The position numbers and the translations under genes are program-made. Positions 14,711 to 28,052 of a stretch of DNA of 64,000 nt are shown in pieces. The notes under the pieces were generated by a model, which did no database searches, was not told the DNA's origin, and worked only from the letters and a program-made list of their open reading frames with translations. Position 1 is the first letter of the stretch. The number at the start of each line of letters is the position of its first letter. The DNA is taken from positions 1,426,001 to 1,490,000 of the forward strand of contig JANJGN010000041.1 in NCBI GenBank assembly GCA_026770705.1, read 5' to 3'. The stretch is from Isurus oxyrinchus (Eukaryota).

Positions 14711-15618
14711 TTAATCTTGTTGCGATTGTGATTCTTTCCCGAGGAAACTGTGGCCTTTCCAAATGTATTACCCACTATATGATCGCCATGGCCGTGGCAG
14801 ATCTCCTGGTTGTTTGTGCTGAAGTCATACTGAAAAATACGCTGGATATTTATTTCCCTGTTTTATTCTTGACCACGAGCACGGTGTGCCCTCTAAAAGC
14901 GACTGTGACTTACGCAGTCATATCAGCCTCTGTCTGGTTAACAGTGGTGTTCACCTTCGATCGTTTTGTGGTCATATGTTGTCAGAAGCTGCGAAAAAAA
15001 TATTGCACGGAGACAACAGCGGCAGCTGTCATATCAGTGGTGAGTGTGTTGAGTTGTTTGATCAACATTCCCTGGTACTTTGCGTTTGAAACTGCATATA
15101 TAATGGACAATGTAAATCGTGGTTGTGTCCTAACACAGAATTTTTTCAATTCTGCTGAATGGGCTGCATTTGACTTGTTTACCATTATCCTGACGCCATG
15201 TGTTCCATTTATCCTAATTTTGTTGCTAAATGCTTTGACGGCTAGACGTATTTTGGCAGCCACTAAAGTTCGCAGGTGTCTCCGCGTTTGCAGCAAGGAT
15301 TCTGAAATAGAAAGCCGAAGAACGTCCATTATTTTACTCTTCAGTATAACCGGGAGCTTTATATTGCTCTGGACAACTCCGGTTATATATATTATCTCTT
15401 TGCATGTAACAGTCACATCGAATTCTGGCGCAAATGTGCTTCAGTCAGTTGGATCCATGCTTGGGATCCTCAGTTGCTGCACAAATACATTCATTTATGT
15501 GCTGACACAGGCTAAGTTTAGGGAGGAGCTGAAGAGCGGAATGCAGTACCTTGTGAAATTGTGCATAAAATTAGGCAAATTACAGTGGAATACCCGTTCC
15601 CTTAACAGTAGGACATGA
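14711..15618 (+). CDS. Coding exon 2 of a GPR139/GPR142-like class A GPCR (probable G-protein coupled receptor 139-like paralog); full protein 325 aa
   Basis: Acceptor ctctttatcccctcttacAG at 14709-14710. Hydrophobic helices with TM2 AMAVADLL, TM3 TFDRFVVIC (DRY variant), TM4 NIPWYF, TM5 PCVPF, TM6 FILLWT, TM7 SCCTNTFIY and helix 8 AKFREEL; no stops or frameshifts. Confidence 0.95.
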
Positions 15619-15787
15619 GGTTTGTGCCCTGAATGATTTCATGTTAGGAAAATGCTTGTAACAACGTTTAAGCATTCTGCATAAAATAATATCCTACTAA
15701 AAATGTTCATTTATACTATAATGTCAAACTGAACTCCTTTTCACAGTATACTGTATTCAATGGTGATTTGTAAGTTGCGATAATAAT

Positions 15788-15803
15788 AATAAATGATAAT
15801 AAA
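15788..15803 (+). terminator. Tandem AATAAA polyadenylation signals of the GPCR gene
   Basis: AATAAA at 15788 and 15798, ~170 bp after the stop codon. Confidence 0.5.
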
Positions 15804-17149
15804 ACGTACTGAACCTCCACTGTTAGCGTTGCAGAGTTTGAAAGGGTGAATTGTGATGCCAGCTTCTGACAGCCTGGTGTTCATTGGAACTGCTGTTTTT
15901 ATCAACATAAGAACACCCCAAGCATCAGCAGCTGCATCAACATAACTCGACAAATGTAACATAGACAAACGTCACGAATTTCCTACGATCTACTCTGGGC
16001 CAATTAGTACATAGGGGGAAATTTCAGAACATGTTACATGAAGTCTGGCACCCTGCAAATATCGGACAGTTCCACAATGAGCTGCTTCTCCAAGTTCCAT
16101 ATACGTCACACGATTGAAACAAGGAAGGCCTGGTCATCACGTGTTTTGTTAAAGGTCGGGTATTGACGCAATTGATCACACATTCCCACGATCCATGGTG
16201 CACAGAGACGACACCATATAATGGATTCAAAACGTTTAAATGCGATTTCCCCCGATTCATTTGAAAGCACAAATGAAATCATACTTGTTTTTTGCACTAT
16301 TAATGGGACTACCTCCTCCCCACATGCTCATTCACAACACTCTCTGTCACATGTTATCTGTTCCTTTCACACATACAGCCTTCAAATGGCTGTTATCATA
16401 TTCTCGAATGTTTTAATAATTTGACTTTATAGCCACTCATCAATATAGTGTATGACACTTCGACCAGGTATCAGCACGAATTCCCAGCCAGAAACCTCTG
16501 ATCACACGTGGCCCTACCACCAACTTACGTCTTTGTATACCTGTGCATATTGAATGTGAAAAATGTAATACAATTGTTCTCGTCGCATATTCTTATCATT
16601 TACCTAACTTAAATGCCGTTCGTAGAATGCAACTGTAGACGGGCTACAGCTCAGAAGCAGACTACGTGACTCGTCCTTTCCTTACTGTATCCCTGCAGGA
16701 AGCTGCAAGCGGCAGCCACTCTTCCAGCCCTTCCCTATTATCTGGGTCATGCGCTTTTCTCAGATATTAATTCAAAAGCCCCTTGATCATTGTTAGTTAA
16801 CCACTCCACACACCGGGTATAATGATTGACCAGAACAACTGCCAGTTAAAGCAGCATTAAATAGAAAACCATAACCGCTGTCCTTGAATAAATGAACAGT
16901 AAAAACAAGACAGATTCGGTCATGGCATGAGGGGCATAGCTGGCAGGAAGAGCAATTATTGCCATCTTTAATTGCTCTTGCAGCCAGGAATATGTGCTCC
17001 ATCTATCAGAGCAGCTGCAGTGTTTCTTCGCCCTGGCTGCTTAGGGCCTGAATTACTAATTGCCCAGACCACCGGCTCAGCTAGCACTCTTTTCTAAATG
17101 TTTACTCTGGCTTTTCGGTAACAGGACTTTCTAAATATACACCCCGACT

Positions 17150-18130
17150 TCTCAGCTTCCAGTCCTTTCTGTTCCTGAGGGAACCTACGTTCCATAAAGT
17201 AATGCCATGACTCAACACTGTTTAGGTCCTTCATCAATGACCTTCTCTCCAGCTTATGGTCGGAAATGGGGATGTTCGCTGATGATTCCTCAATGTTCAA
17301 CACAATTCATGATTCCTGAGATAATGAAGTTGTCTATTGCCAGATGCAGCATGTTCAGGCTTTGGCTCACAAGTGGCAAAGGACATTTACAGCATACAAG
17401 TACCCGGTAATGACTATCTCCAAAATAGAAAATCAAACCATTGCCCGTCAACATTCAATGGCATTACCTTAGCCGAAAATCATTCTAGCAGCATTGTAGT
17501 GGATATCATTGACCAGAAACAACATAACTGGATTGGCCAATAAACACAACGTCTACAAATGCGGTTGAGATGCAACGAATTCTGCAGCAAATAGCACAAG
17601 TGCTGACACCCCATTTCCTTTCCACCATTTACAAGAGAGGAATTTCATGGTATACTCTCTAGTTGCTGGGATGCATGCAGCTCCAATATTAGTCAAGAAG
17701 CATGATAGCATCTGGGATAAATCAGCCATTGATTGACACCACATCAATGAACGTTGACACTCTCCACCACTGATGAACATCGGCAGCAGTGTTTACTATC
17801 TGCAAGGTGCGGGGCAGGAATTCTCGAAATCAACTTGGAGAATACAGTCCAAACCCACGAAAGATAATGGGCAGCAGGTTTATGGGAACACGACTATTTG
17901 GAAGTTCCCCTCCAAGCTACTCACCAGCTTGATTTGAAATGATATCCCTGTCCCTTCCTTGTCATCGTGTCAAATTCCAGAAACTCCATCCCCAAGGGCA
18001 CTATGCATGCAGAGTGGGCAGCGGGACTGCTCCGGTTCAAGAAGGCAACTCCACACCATTTTCTCTAGGGTACCTATGTCTGGGCATTAAACGCTTTGCC
18101 AATGACTGGCACCAATATCCTCTTAACGAA
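17150..18130 (+). mobile_element. CR1/L2-group LINE 3' fragment
   Basis: GMFADDSSMF (atgttcgctgatgattcc, ~17271) RT core and a family-type 3' tail (gggcattaaacgctttgcc); same family as 21700-23230 and 59200-60500. Confidence 0.7.
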
Positions 18131-18649
18131 TAATGATAAAATATAATTGTCCCTCTGGCTGCACAGCTACTGCACTTCTCATTTCTGCAGTCTGTCAGCT
18201 CTGTTCTACTATAACCAAATCACTTTCCTAGCTAATACTTCCTGCTTCTTATAAAACTATGCCCTAGCTATTTAGCTCCCGCACTTTTATAAATCTCTGC
18301 TCTGGGGGAAGACTGCCTTTTACCTTCCAATCTGTGTTTAGATTATCTACGTCCCGCTTTCTTATCTCTGTTATGGGGGTGTAGCCCCTTTCTAATCTGT
18401 GCTTTTAGTATTTCTCTCTCGCTCTTTTTAAATCGCTCCTCTGGCAACTCAGCTTCCGCTCTTTTTACAAATCTGCCCTAGTGCCTCAACAACTCCTCTT
18501 TTTAAGAAATATCACCTGTTCGTGCACAGCTCCCAGCTCGCTCTAAATCTCTGTTCTCACTGTTCAGCTGCAGCAGTAAAAGAATAATTAAACCTGCCCT
18601 GACTGCCAAGTGTCTAGCCCGGAATTGGAGACTGTTGAGTTTAATTAAG

Positions 18650-20200
18650 AATGATCACTGGTTTGTAGCACCACCGTGTCTAAGGAAGTGGGCAAAATCT
18701 ACAAAGGCTGAAAATAGCGAATTCTTCTGACGCACTTCCCACTGAAGATTTAACATATGGTCCAGCAAATTCGCAAGATTTATTCAAAAAAAAGACGATA
18801 GATATTACAGTAAGGAGGGAGCTTGTGAAAATCATCGGAAGTGCCTATGTCTTTCCAAATGATGATGAGAACGAAACTTTTCAGCAGACTTAAAAGCACT
18901 GGAAATGTTAAACGGAGAAAGGGTTGAAACAAATTGCCTGGTTTACACGAAAAATCGCTGATGAAACCTTTTCATTCTGCTGCAAGTTATACGTCACAGA
19001 AACCACACGCAGATTATGCAAGGAATGCGGCAGTGTCTGGAATCATCTCAATGATAGATTGCAATGTCATCGAATTATGAAAGGACAATATTCAAAACGC
19101 AACAAAATGAATTGAAAGTAAGCGAATGATCCCAGAAAAGGAGGCACTGGATGACGAAGCACAGAGATAAATATACAAGGTGAGCATAAATGCCTAGCAA
19201 CGTTGACAGGCATTATTGCAGCCGTTCAGTTCTAGATGAGCAGAACTCAGAGTTTTTTCGAACACCTGCAAGGCTTTATGAACACATCAATGAATCATTT
19301 CTGGGATTAATTGCCATTGGAGCTAACCTCAACCCTCCGATGCAAGGATATGCCCCATGCAGCATAAAGTAACTGTACCTCTGACCATGTTCTTGGACCT
19401 CGTATTCAAAATGAGCTAATTTCGATGATGGCATTGCTGGTGAAGAAATTGAACGTTATTGTAAACTTGAAGGCTGTAATTCACAATGCGCTTCTTCTTG
19501 CCATTACTCCTGGTCTGACTGATGAAGACAAGGTATTCCTTGTGCTTCGTTAGCTTGATCTGTTTTCTGAAGATGTGAATCGAAGGGAGGATTTGATTCA
19601 TTATCTGATGATTCAAGGCAAAATTTTGTAAGGCCTGTCTATTTCTCTCAAGGATGCGCCAGATGGGCTTGGCCTTCGCATCACTGTGAGAGGCAGAGAG
19701 TCAACAATCTGGTAAATATTAAAGATCAGAATTAAGGCGTACAGGCGTGCCCCCTTCAACACAACCGTTGAAGCTTTTTAACCCCATGAGGCTGCCACAT
19801 CTTATCTCTGGTATTGGAAGAAACGGCAAATCGTAGTTCTAAACAATGAAATTGTTTTGGAGCTGTGCAGCGAAATTAAAGAATTATTACAGTTTGAAAT
19901 AACAAATGACATATATTGACAGCGGAAGCTTCCTGCGTAATGTTAAAGTCGTTGTCAGACTGTTGGTGGAATGTCTAGTGTAGAGTGGAAATGCAATATG
20001 TTACCAAACAGCTGATATCAGGAAGGCATTCATTACAGTTCCTGAAGAATGCGGCAACACAGCATTAAAATAGAGACTTAGTCCATGATCAACTACGAAG
20101 TTAAAGGTTTCGAATTTTGCTTTGCAATGGTTGAGTGGCACAACAACATATTCGCCACAAGCATTGCGACCCAGAATATACAATCCTTCGAAATGCAGCT
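18650..20200 (+). mobile_element. hAT (Tip100/ZMYM-like) transposase remnant
   Basis: Degenerate motifs in order: FLGLI (~19298), RQRVNNLVNIKDQN*GVQA (RGQ.YDN..N.KG.N.GVQA, ~19690), P*GCHILSLVL (PCGCH.LNLV, ~19785), LKSLSDCWW (LKSLS.TRW, ~19943). Confidence 0.7.
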
Positions 20201-20249
20201 TTGTGCGGCTTTAGCATTTCAGACGGATGGCGAAAATTAAAAGCAGGCT

Positions 20250-21620
20250 CCGTAGCACTCTTAATAAGCTAAGATATTATTGGTAATAGCGGACCTTCCA
20301 TCAAACGATGATGGGACAATTTATGAGGAGCTGGGAAACATCAAGGGGATCAGGTATTTGTGGGAGTTTTGTATAGCCCAGCAAACCACGGTTCTAAATT
20401 GTGGCGTGGTATACATCAGGAAATTAAAGCTGAATGTAACATGGTTAAAGCAGGAAAATTAGAAACTTCAGTTTGCAACTTGGCCATCGTTAAGCAAATC
20501 AGCACTAATTCATTGAATGTATACAAGATTGGTTTCAGCACTAGTAAGTTGAGGAGCCAACTAGGAATCGAGCTAGTCAGGACTTAGTGCTCGATCATGC
20601 AAAAGACTCAATGCATTTCCATGCTCTCAATTAGTTTTGGGAAATAATCACAATAAAGTGATTGATTTTTCCAAAATGTATGACAGCGATATGCTGAATC
20701 CTAAAACTTGGTTGTTAAATCTGAAGAAAAGAAATTGTGAATGTAAGAGAGGCAAGTTGGCTATAATAGATTGCGAAAGTATAGGAAAAGGTTTGTTAGT
20801 GGAGAGGGAATGGCGAGTATTTAAGGAAATAATGCACTGTCTACATCAGACAAGCATTCATCGAAAGCTCAACACAGAGACAGAAAGAAAACTCAACCGT
20901 TGTTTCCAAACGAAGTTAGATATCGCACTCCATGAAATGAAATGATTTATCATGGTGCAAGAGAAAAATTGGTAAATCTGAGGTTAGGGGGAACTTTAGA
21001 ACCCAGCAAAGGAGGACAAAGAAACTGATTTATAAATGGGAAGAGAATGTAATGCAATCCAGCGAGGAACATAAAGCGTAAGTCAGTACACTTTACATGT
21101 AGGTACGGGAATATTTATCATGGAGAACAGGGAAACATCAGATTAACGAAACAATAACTTTTCGCCTGTCGTCACGGAAGAACATATAGAATATTTGCAA
21201 GATAAGCTAGTCAACCAATGCAGTTGTGAAACAGGGAAGCGAAAAAGAATAAATAGTTTTACAGGAAACAGTAGTGCTTGAAATGTGAAAAAATTGAAGG
21301 TTAAATAATTTGCGGGACTAGAATTTCTTCATCTCAAGAGTGCTGAAGGAGGAGACTGAAGAAACATTGGTTGTTTTGTTTCAAAATTCTTTACTTTCTG
21401 CAAAAACTCCAGCGAATTTTAAAGTATCAGATGTTGCATCACAATTCAAGAATGTAATAAGATGGTCGAGGGAGAACTGCAGACATGTTAGTTTGACATA
21501 GGAATTCTGGGAAAAGTTATAATCTATTAGTACGGAGGTGATAACTGGGTATGTAGTAAGGAAAGGTAACATTGCACAGTGTGAACAAGGATATATGAAA
21601 TGGAAATCATGTAAGAAATA
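20250..21620 (+). mobile_element. CR1 LINE ORF2 fragment
   Basis: Degenerate endonuclease-to-RT CR1 sequence (gttttgtttcaaaattcttta; gagaactgcagacatgttagtttgacat; aaatggaaatcatg). Confidence 0.75.
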
Positions 21621-21699
21621 CAATTAAACAATTCACTGCATAAAGAGTCTCCACACATATCAAGATTTGCAATGCTGCGAGGGCACAGCACATCAGTGG

Positions 21700-23230
21700 A
21701 AAATGTAAAGCTGAAGCACTTTCAACGGTACCGAATGGATGAGGCAACTTCGCCTCCTCCGTAGGTTCCCAAAATTACAGATGTTAGTCTTCAGTCAAGT
21801 GTATTCACTCTCTGTGATATCAGGAAGCCGCTGAACCTCTGGATACTGCAAGACGGTGGACACCGAGAATATTTCGGCAATTGTACTGAATGCTTGTGGA
21901 CTCGATAGTGCCCTATGGCATAGCCATGCTGCTGCAGTACAGATTCAACACTGGAATCTACCCGAATATGAGAAAAACCGCCCAGGTACGAGGTACAGAA
22001 AAATGCAGCACAAGCCAAACCTGTTCAATAACAGTCACGTGACGCTCCATTTGATAATCGGGAAAGTAATGGAGGGTTCATCAAGCAGCATCTGATCAGC
22101 AGTACTCTGCTCATTGAGGCTCAGTTCGGTTCCACAAGATTCACTCTGTTCCCAATAGCATCACTGCCATGGTCAAAATATGGGGTAAGAGCTTAACTCC
22201 AGATTTTACGTGATAGTGATCACACTTAATATAAAGGCAGCATATGATCCCGTGTGGCATCAAGGCGCCCTCAAATAAATTGAATCAAGGTGAATTAATG
22301 GGAAAACTCTTCGTTGGATGGAGTCATATCTGGGAGACATGAATATTGTTCTGGTAGTTGCAGAACGTTCATCTCAGTTCAAAGATGTCACTGCAGGAGA
22401 AGCTCAGGAATTTGGCTAGTCCTCAGCACCTTCAGCTGCTCCATCTATCACCATTTTCCCACCATAAGCTCATAATTGGGGATTTTCGATGACGATTGCT
22501 CAATGGACAAAACAATTTTTATCTCCAAAAAATAAACAAACCATCGTCACTTGGCAACAATAATATTATAATTTCCGAAACTGCGGCTAGCATCACCTTA
22601 GGAACAACTGTTGACTAGTAACTGAATTGGCCAAACCATACAAATACTGTGGCTACAGGAACAGGCCAGTGGATAGGGAATCTGCCGCGAGCAGCTCACG
22701 AACTGACTCCCCACTGCTGGGCCACCACCTACAATGCACAGTTCGGGAGATCCCGGAACAATGCTCCTCCAGCAGCGCTCAGCATCCTCCAAACCATCCA
22801 TGACAAAGCTGGATTGGCAGCCCTTCAATAAGCGTGCACTCCCTCCACCAGCAACGAACAATGATGGCAGTGTGCACCAGCTGGAATATTTTCCTCAGGA
22901 GTACAGCCCTCTGCCTTAGACAGTACATCAAAAATCCAGAACAGCTGCCATCTAGAAGGTCGAGAACAGCAGGCACATGGGAACACCAGCACTAGCAAGT
23001 TTTCCTCCCTGCTACTCAAAATCCTGGCTTGGGACGATCTGTGTTCCTTCATTGTCATTGGGTCAGACCCTGGAGCTAAATCCTTTTACTGAACTGTTGT
23101 TTATCTGCAACAAACGGACAACCAAGGCTCAAGCATTTAGCTCCCCACCAGCTTAGCTTGTCAACGGTACTTAGGACGGGCAGTCAATGGCTGCCTAGAC
23201 AGCGATGCCAACATCCCGTAAAAGATAATG
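21700..23230 (+). mobile_element. CR1/L2-group LINE RT and 3' end fragment
   Basis: KAAYDPVWHQG (aaggcagcatatgatcccgtgtggcatcaagg), GIFDDDC, and 3' tail gggcagtcaatggctgcctagacagcgatgccaacatccc. Confidence 0.75.
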
Positions 23231-24519
23231 AAGAATATAGACATGTTAATGAGTTGAGAATGTTTCCAACTTTTCGTCACTATGTGGCATTCTGTTCGTA
23301 AGCAATGAATGCAATAACATGGAATTTATTCAACGCAGATTTAGAAAGTTTTTTGGTAGAGCAAGGAGTTATTGGTTGTGGACCATGTCGGAAGTTCGAG
23401 TACAGAGAGCTTGCAGGTCAGTTCTCACCTTAATGAATAGACGAGCAGGATAGGAGTGTCGATTGATCTGCTTCAGCCGCTCAGCGGTATAATCAAATCT
23501 TAACCTTCCGCTAATTGTAAACAATATATATACTTATTTACTGCTGTACTCCAATCCTCTTACAAATAATACCAACGTGTCATCTGCCCTCTTAATCGAT
23601 TTCTTTACACACAAGCCCATGTGTTTCAAACTTTTTAAATACTGTACTCTGCTTTAATAATATTAGGGCGGAAGTCAGTGACTTCACACTTCGACACATG
23701 ACACTTCATGTAACATCATATTGACAGCGCAATTCATCATTCTATATATCTAACAACCTTTCTTTTCTGCCCCTCAGCTTACCTTTCTCCATAGGTCTGT
23801 ATGGTCAGCAAGGTTTGATACATAACTCTTTGTCCCTACTCTCGAGTCTTTAAGATTGATTTTAGGAGCAATTTAGCAACTTTCAGGCTTTTCCATAGCA
23901 ACAAGATAATGTAATTCTGAGCGGCGGGCATTTTAGAATAGGTATAGAATGCCTCGAGCCAGTTCCGCAGAAATAGAAGAATGCTATTTCGTCCTTCTTG
24001 TGTTTTTTCCAGAGGAGTTGGGGGAAGGCACTCAGACTCTCCCAATTTTGTTACACAGGGAATGGGGAGAACACAATTCATTCTGTTTTCTACCCTGTAA
24101 CACAGGAGCTGGGGGATGTCATTTAGTACCCAGAGCCTGTTGCCATGGAGCTCTGCGGAATGACTGTACGGGAGCAATAAGCACGTCGTTGGAATGCTCC
24201 ACACAGGCCCTAACGGATGACACAAATTTGAAAAATTACGCTCCTCTTGTAGAATTGCATATGCAGCGGGATATCAATCTTAATGATTTATTTGTTGTTG
24301 TTAGTGTTCATGACATGACAGTAACCGAGAGGAAGCTGTAGTGCATGTCTCTGGCGCATGCAACCCTCAGGAATGGGGGACACATGTTGGTGAATTGAAG
24401 TTGTCAGATGATAACAGGGGTTTCATTTAGCTCTCCCCGACATCCGTTTGTGTAATTATAATTTATGACAAGATTCACAAGAAGAAACTTCGGGCGTTTA
24501 TGGTCAAGGAACGGATAAT

Positions 24520-24771
24520 NNNNNNNNNNNNNNNNNNNNNNNNNNNNNNNNNNNNNNNNNNNNNNNNNNNNNNNNNNNNNNNNNNNNNNNNNNNNNNNNN
24601 NNNNNNNNNNNNNNNNNNNNNNNNNNNNNNNNNNNNNNNNNNNNNNNNNNNNNNNNNNNNNNNNNNNNNNNNNNNNNNNNNNNNNNNNNNNNNNNNNNNN
24701 NNNNNNNNNNNNNNNNNNNNNNNNNNNNNNNNNNNNNNNNNNNNNNNNNNNNNNNNNNNNNNNNNNNNNNN
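24520..24771. other. Assembly gap (252 N)
   Basis: Run of N. Confidence 1.
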
Positions 24772-24799
24772 AGCGAGCACAATATGATTGAAAGTTTCC

Positions 24800-26700
24800 T
24801 CCACCTTCAAATGGAGAAGAGAGTGCCTGAGTCAAGTATTTAAGCGTAAATATGGGCATCCATATGGGCATGAAAACTAAGTGAGCTGATGCGAATGGGA
24901 ATATTAGGCTCGGTGATAGATCAAAGGAGAAGCAGTGGCTGCTAGTTAATGAGGCATTTCAAAAGACTCAGAGTAGGTATATCTCTGCAGTAAAGGAAGA
25001 TTCTGAAAGGAGGACGCACCATCCGCGGATAACTAAAAAAGTTAATGAAGGCAGCCAGGTGATGGAAAACAAAATAAACCATCCAAAGTTTGCTGCCAGG
25101 TCAGGTGATTGGCCAGTTTAAAAGAAACATCAGGGAATGGACTAAATCGTTACCTGGAATAAAAATTTACAGTCTGAGGTGAAAAAATAAAACTAGAAAT
25201 GTAGAACGTATAGAAACAGTTTCATCAGAGTTTTTTTTCGAAAGGAAAAGACTAAGTAAAGGGATTGATATTCCCATTCCACATTAAGAAGGGAGTCAAT
25301 ATTAGCTAATAAGGGAATGGGGAAATAAAGGAAGGCCTGTTTTGCTTCTGTATTCAGCACACAAGTAACACAAATGTTCCACTAATAGCTGGAAAGCAAG
25401 ACAGGAAAGGGAGAGGGATCTTGGTGAAATTACAATCACTAGGAAAGAGATCGCGAACAAACTGATGGAGCTGCAGGCAGACACGTCTCAGGGCCCTCTG
25501 GAACATCATTCTCGGATCTTAAAAGAGGTGGCTAATGAATTGATAGATGCGTTTTTGTTGAAATTCCAATATTACCTAGTTTTGGGAAACATTCCATTCC
25601 AATGGGAGCATGAAACGGACCTTACTATTTAGGAAGGATTTGATATGGAAAACAAGACACTATGGGCCAGTTAGCTTGACATGTGTCATGGGAACGTTGC
25701 TAGAAATGATCAGGCGGGAGTTTATAGCTGGGCACTGAGAGATAATCAAGATAATTGGGAAGAGTATCCATGGTATTGTGACAGGGAAGTATTTTTTAAC
25801 CAATATTTGAAGTTGCTTGAATTATTGACATGCATTGTGGATAAAGGGCTGATTTTGTATGTGCTGTATTTCGGATTCTCGGAAGGCTTTTGATAAGATG
25901 CTACATCAAAGTTTATTTTAGATGAAAAATGTTCATGGCCAATCGGTTAACTTATTAGCATTGATAGAAGATTGGGTAGCTGGCAGATAACAGAGACCAT
26001 GGAGCGTAATATGGGATAATGAGAAGTTTTCACTTTGGCAGAGTGAATGGAAATAAAACTGGGTAATAATTAAACTGAGAAAGGCTGCAGGATTCCGAAC
26101 TGCAGGGGAATCAAGCTGGCCAAGTGCATGTGTTGGAAAAAGTGGCCATGCAGGGAGAGCATGTAGTTCAGAAGGGTAATGAAATGCAATGCTTTTTTTG
26201 TGAGGAGAATTGAAACTAAAAATAAGGTTGTTATGCTTCACTTAAACAGATCATTGCTGAAATCTGGAATATTGTGCGTAGTTTTGATTGCCCTGTTTAT
26301 GCAAGGATGTGGATGCCTGGGGGCACTTCAGAGAAGACTTACTAGGTTGTCACCTGGAATGAATGGAATGTGTTGTGAGGAAAGGTTAGGAAGATCGGAT
26401 TTGCCTGCACAGCATCTTACAGGAGGGGGATAAATAATTGAATTCCATGTGAACCTGCAAGCTTCGTAGAAGGCTGTGGGAAACCATCGCTGATGTATTG
26501 GTTGAGCAGCTAATTAGGAGTCATTTCTTTTTTAAAATATGCTTTGCCCTTGTAGCACACAGTTTTTCTATTTGTGTGTGCGTGTTTTTGTTTGTTTCAC
26601 CTCGAGGTTTATCTGACTTTTTAATTCCCTGCATTAGAACGCTGTGGAGGCCCGATCACAGAATATTGTTAAGATGGAGGTCAATATATTTTAGCAAGGC
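24800..26700 (+). mobile_element. CR1 LINE ORF2 fragment
   Basis: SQGPLEHHSRILKEVANELIDA, YFGFSEGF*, and C-terminal ALQRRLTRLSPGMNGMCCEERLGR typical of CR1. Confidence 0.8.
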
Positions 26701-26799
26701 AGATTGATCAAAGTTTATGGGTTTGTTTGGGATTTTGGAAATCGAAATAATCTGATTCTCCATGAACTTAATGAAAGGTGGAGAATGCTCGATGTTCCA

Positions 26800-27420
26800 A
26801 AAAGCATACGTCTGCTCAAATCTTCTGTGTTTGTATGTTCGTAATCGTGACAACATGGACGAATTTGATCACAACAATATAAACTTAAAATTTAAGTTCT
26901 TGTCAGAGCGGAAGAGTTCAGTGTGCACAAAGGCGATGGTTGAATGAGGTTTCGTGAGATTTTGATAATAGGCAGCAGATTCGAGATGCGCTTTCATCAT
27001 ACAGATTTGTAAATGGGTGTTGCCAGGAAAATAATTAGAAAAGTTGAGCCTGTATTTCTCAAAAGGACAGGTGAGGCCTTGAGCAGCAGGTGATCTGGAG
27101 TACATGTTCTGATATAATGTTGGGGATCGAGTGATAAGCACTGGTTGAGTGTGATAATATGGAGGCGCTTGTTATTTAGTGTCAAGTAGATGGCAAAGGT
27201 TCTGATCTGTCTGTTTCAGCATCAGATATTGGCCAGACACTGTTTCAGGAACGCATATTGATTAGAAATGAGGAAAATGTCTGCCATCTTCACAATCTTG
27301 AGCATCACACATGTTAATGCCATGAATCATGGATTTCAGGCATAGCTTCTGGATATAATGATATAACAGGAAGTCTGCCAAAGCAATGATAGGAGAATGA
27401 GTTAACAAAATCATCAGTAA
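26800..27420 (-). mobile_element. L2 LINE RT fragment
   Basis: Minus-strand NYFPGNTHLQI resembles HFYADDTQLY; upstream LDPQH resembles LGP.L. Confidence 0.5.
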
Positions 27421-27703
27421 GTTAAGAATGGGTTGCCGAGTTAATAACTGGACGCCGAGATTCAAAAAATAAATACAAAGCAGGGCACATTAAATAGCTA
27501 GAATAACAGCACAAACATCGTCCATAGAATTACTCACGGAGTAGAGGTTCTTATTGGAGCACAAACAATAGCCACGATAACTAAGAAATATATTAAAACA
27601 CTAGTCCTAAATGGATCAGTTCGGCTTAGTTATCCACTAATCATTTGCAGAAATCATATTGAAACTGTAAGATAATCCGCTGCTCCTTGTTTGTACATAA
27701 TAC

Positions 27704-27895
27704 TCTGTTGTTCCCACATTGACTGCATTGTGGTAACATTCGAAACAATTGATCTCAGATGCAGATTCAGTTTTCCAACAGTCAATTCGATTATTCTCAG
27801 ATTCAAATGCATTCTGGAACATTTCATTCTGTTGTTCTCAGATTTAAAATTCATTGTTGTACCTTTCTAATCTACTGTTCTCAGATTCAGAACTG
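27704..27895 (+). repeat. Degenerate ~42-bp minisatellite, ~5 copies
   Basis: Core gttctcagatt(c/t) recurs at 27710, 27751, 27793, 27834 and 27877. Confidence 0.75.
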
Positions 27896-27980
27896 TGTAG
27901 GCAAACTGGGTCAATGTTGCTAGAAAATGGAAGTCCAACGGTAAAATGGAGTCTCTTTGATTGCCGCAACATCAGGCCTG

Positions 27981-28052
27981 TTTTCCTTAGTATAGTGGTG
28001 AATATCCCCACCTTCCACACGGGACATCGGGATTCTTTTCACCAATAGGGAG
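27981..28052 (+). pseudogene. Highly degenerate tRNA-Asp-derived pseudogene (anticodon drifted to TCC)
   Basis: TTAGTATAGTGGTGAATATCCCCACCTTCCACACGGGA...GGGAG is colinear with vertebrate tRNA-Asp(GTC); T-loop/B-box and acceptor stem are broken. Confidence 0.75.

Noticed and set aside
14982-15416. 144-aa antisense ORF inside the GPCR exon
   Set aside because: Shadow ORF of the coding strand with no independent features.
24404-24871. ORFs containing X runs (also at 34188-34421)
   Set aside because: Artefacts of N gaps.
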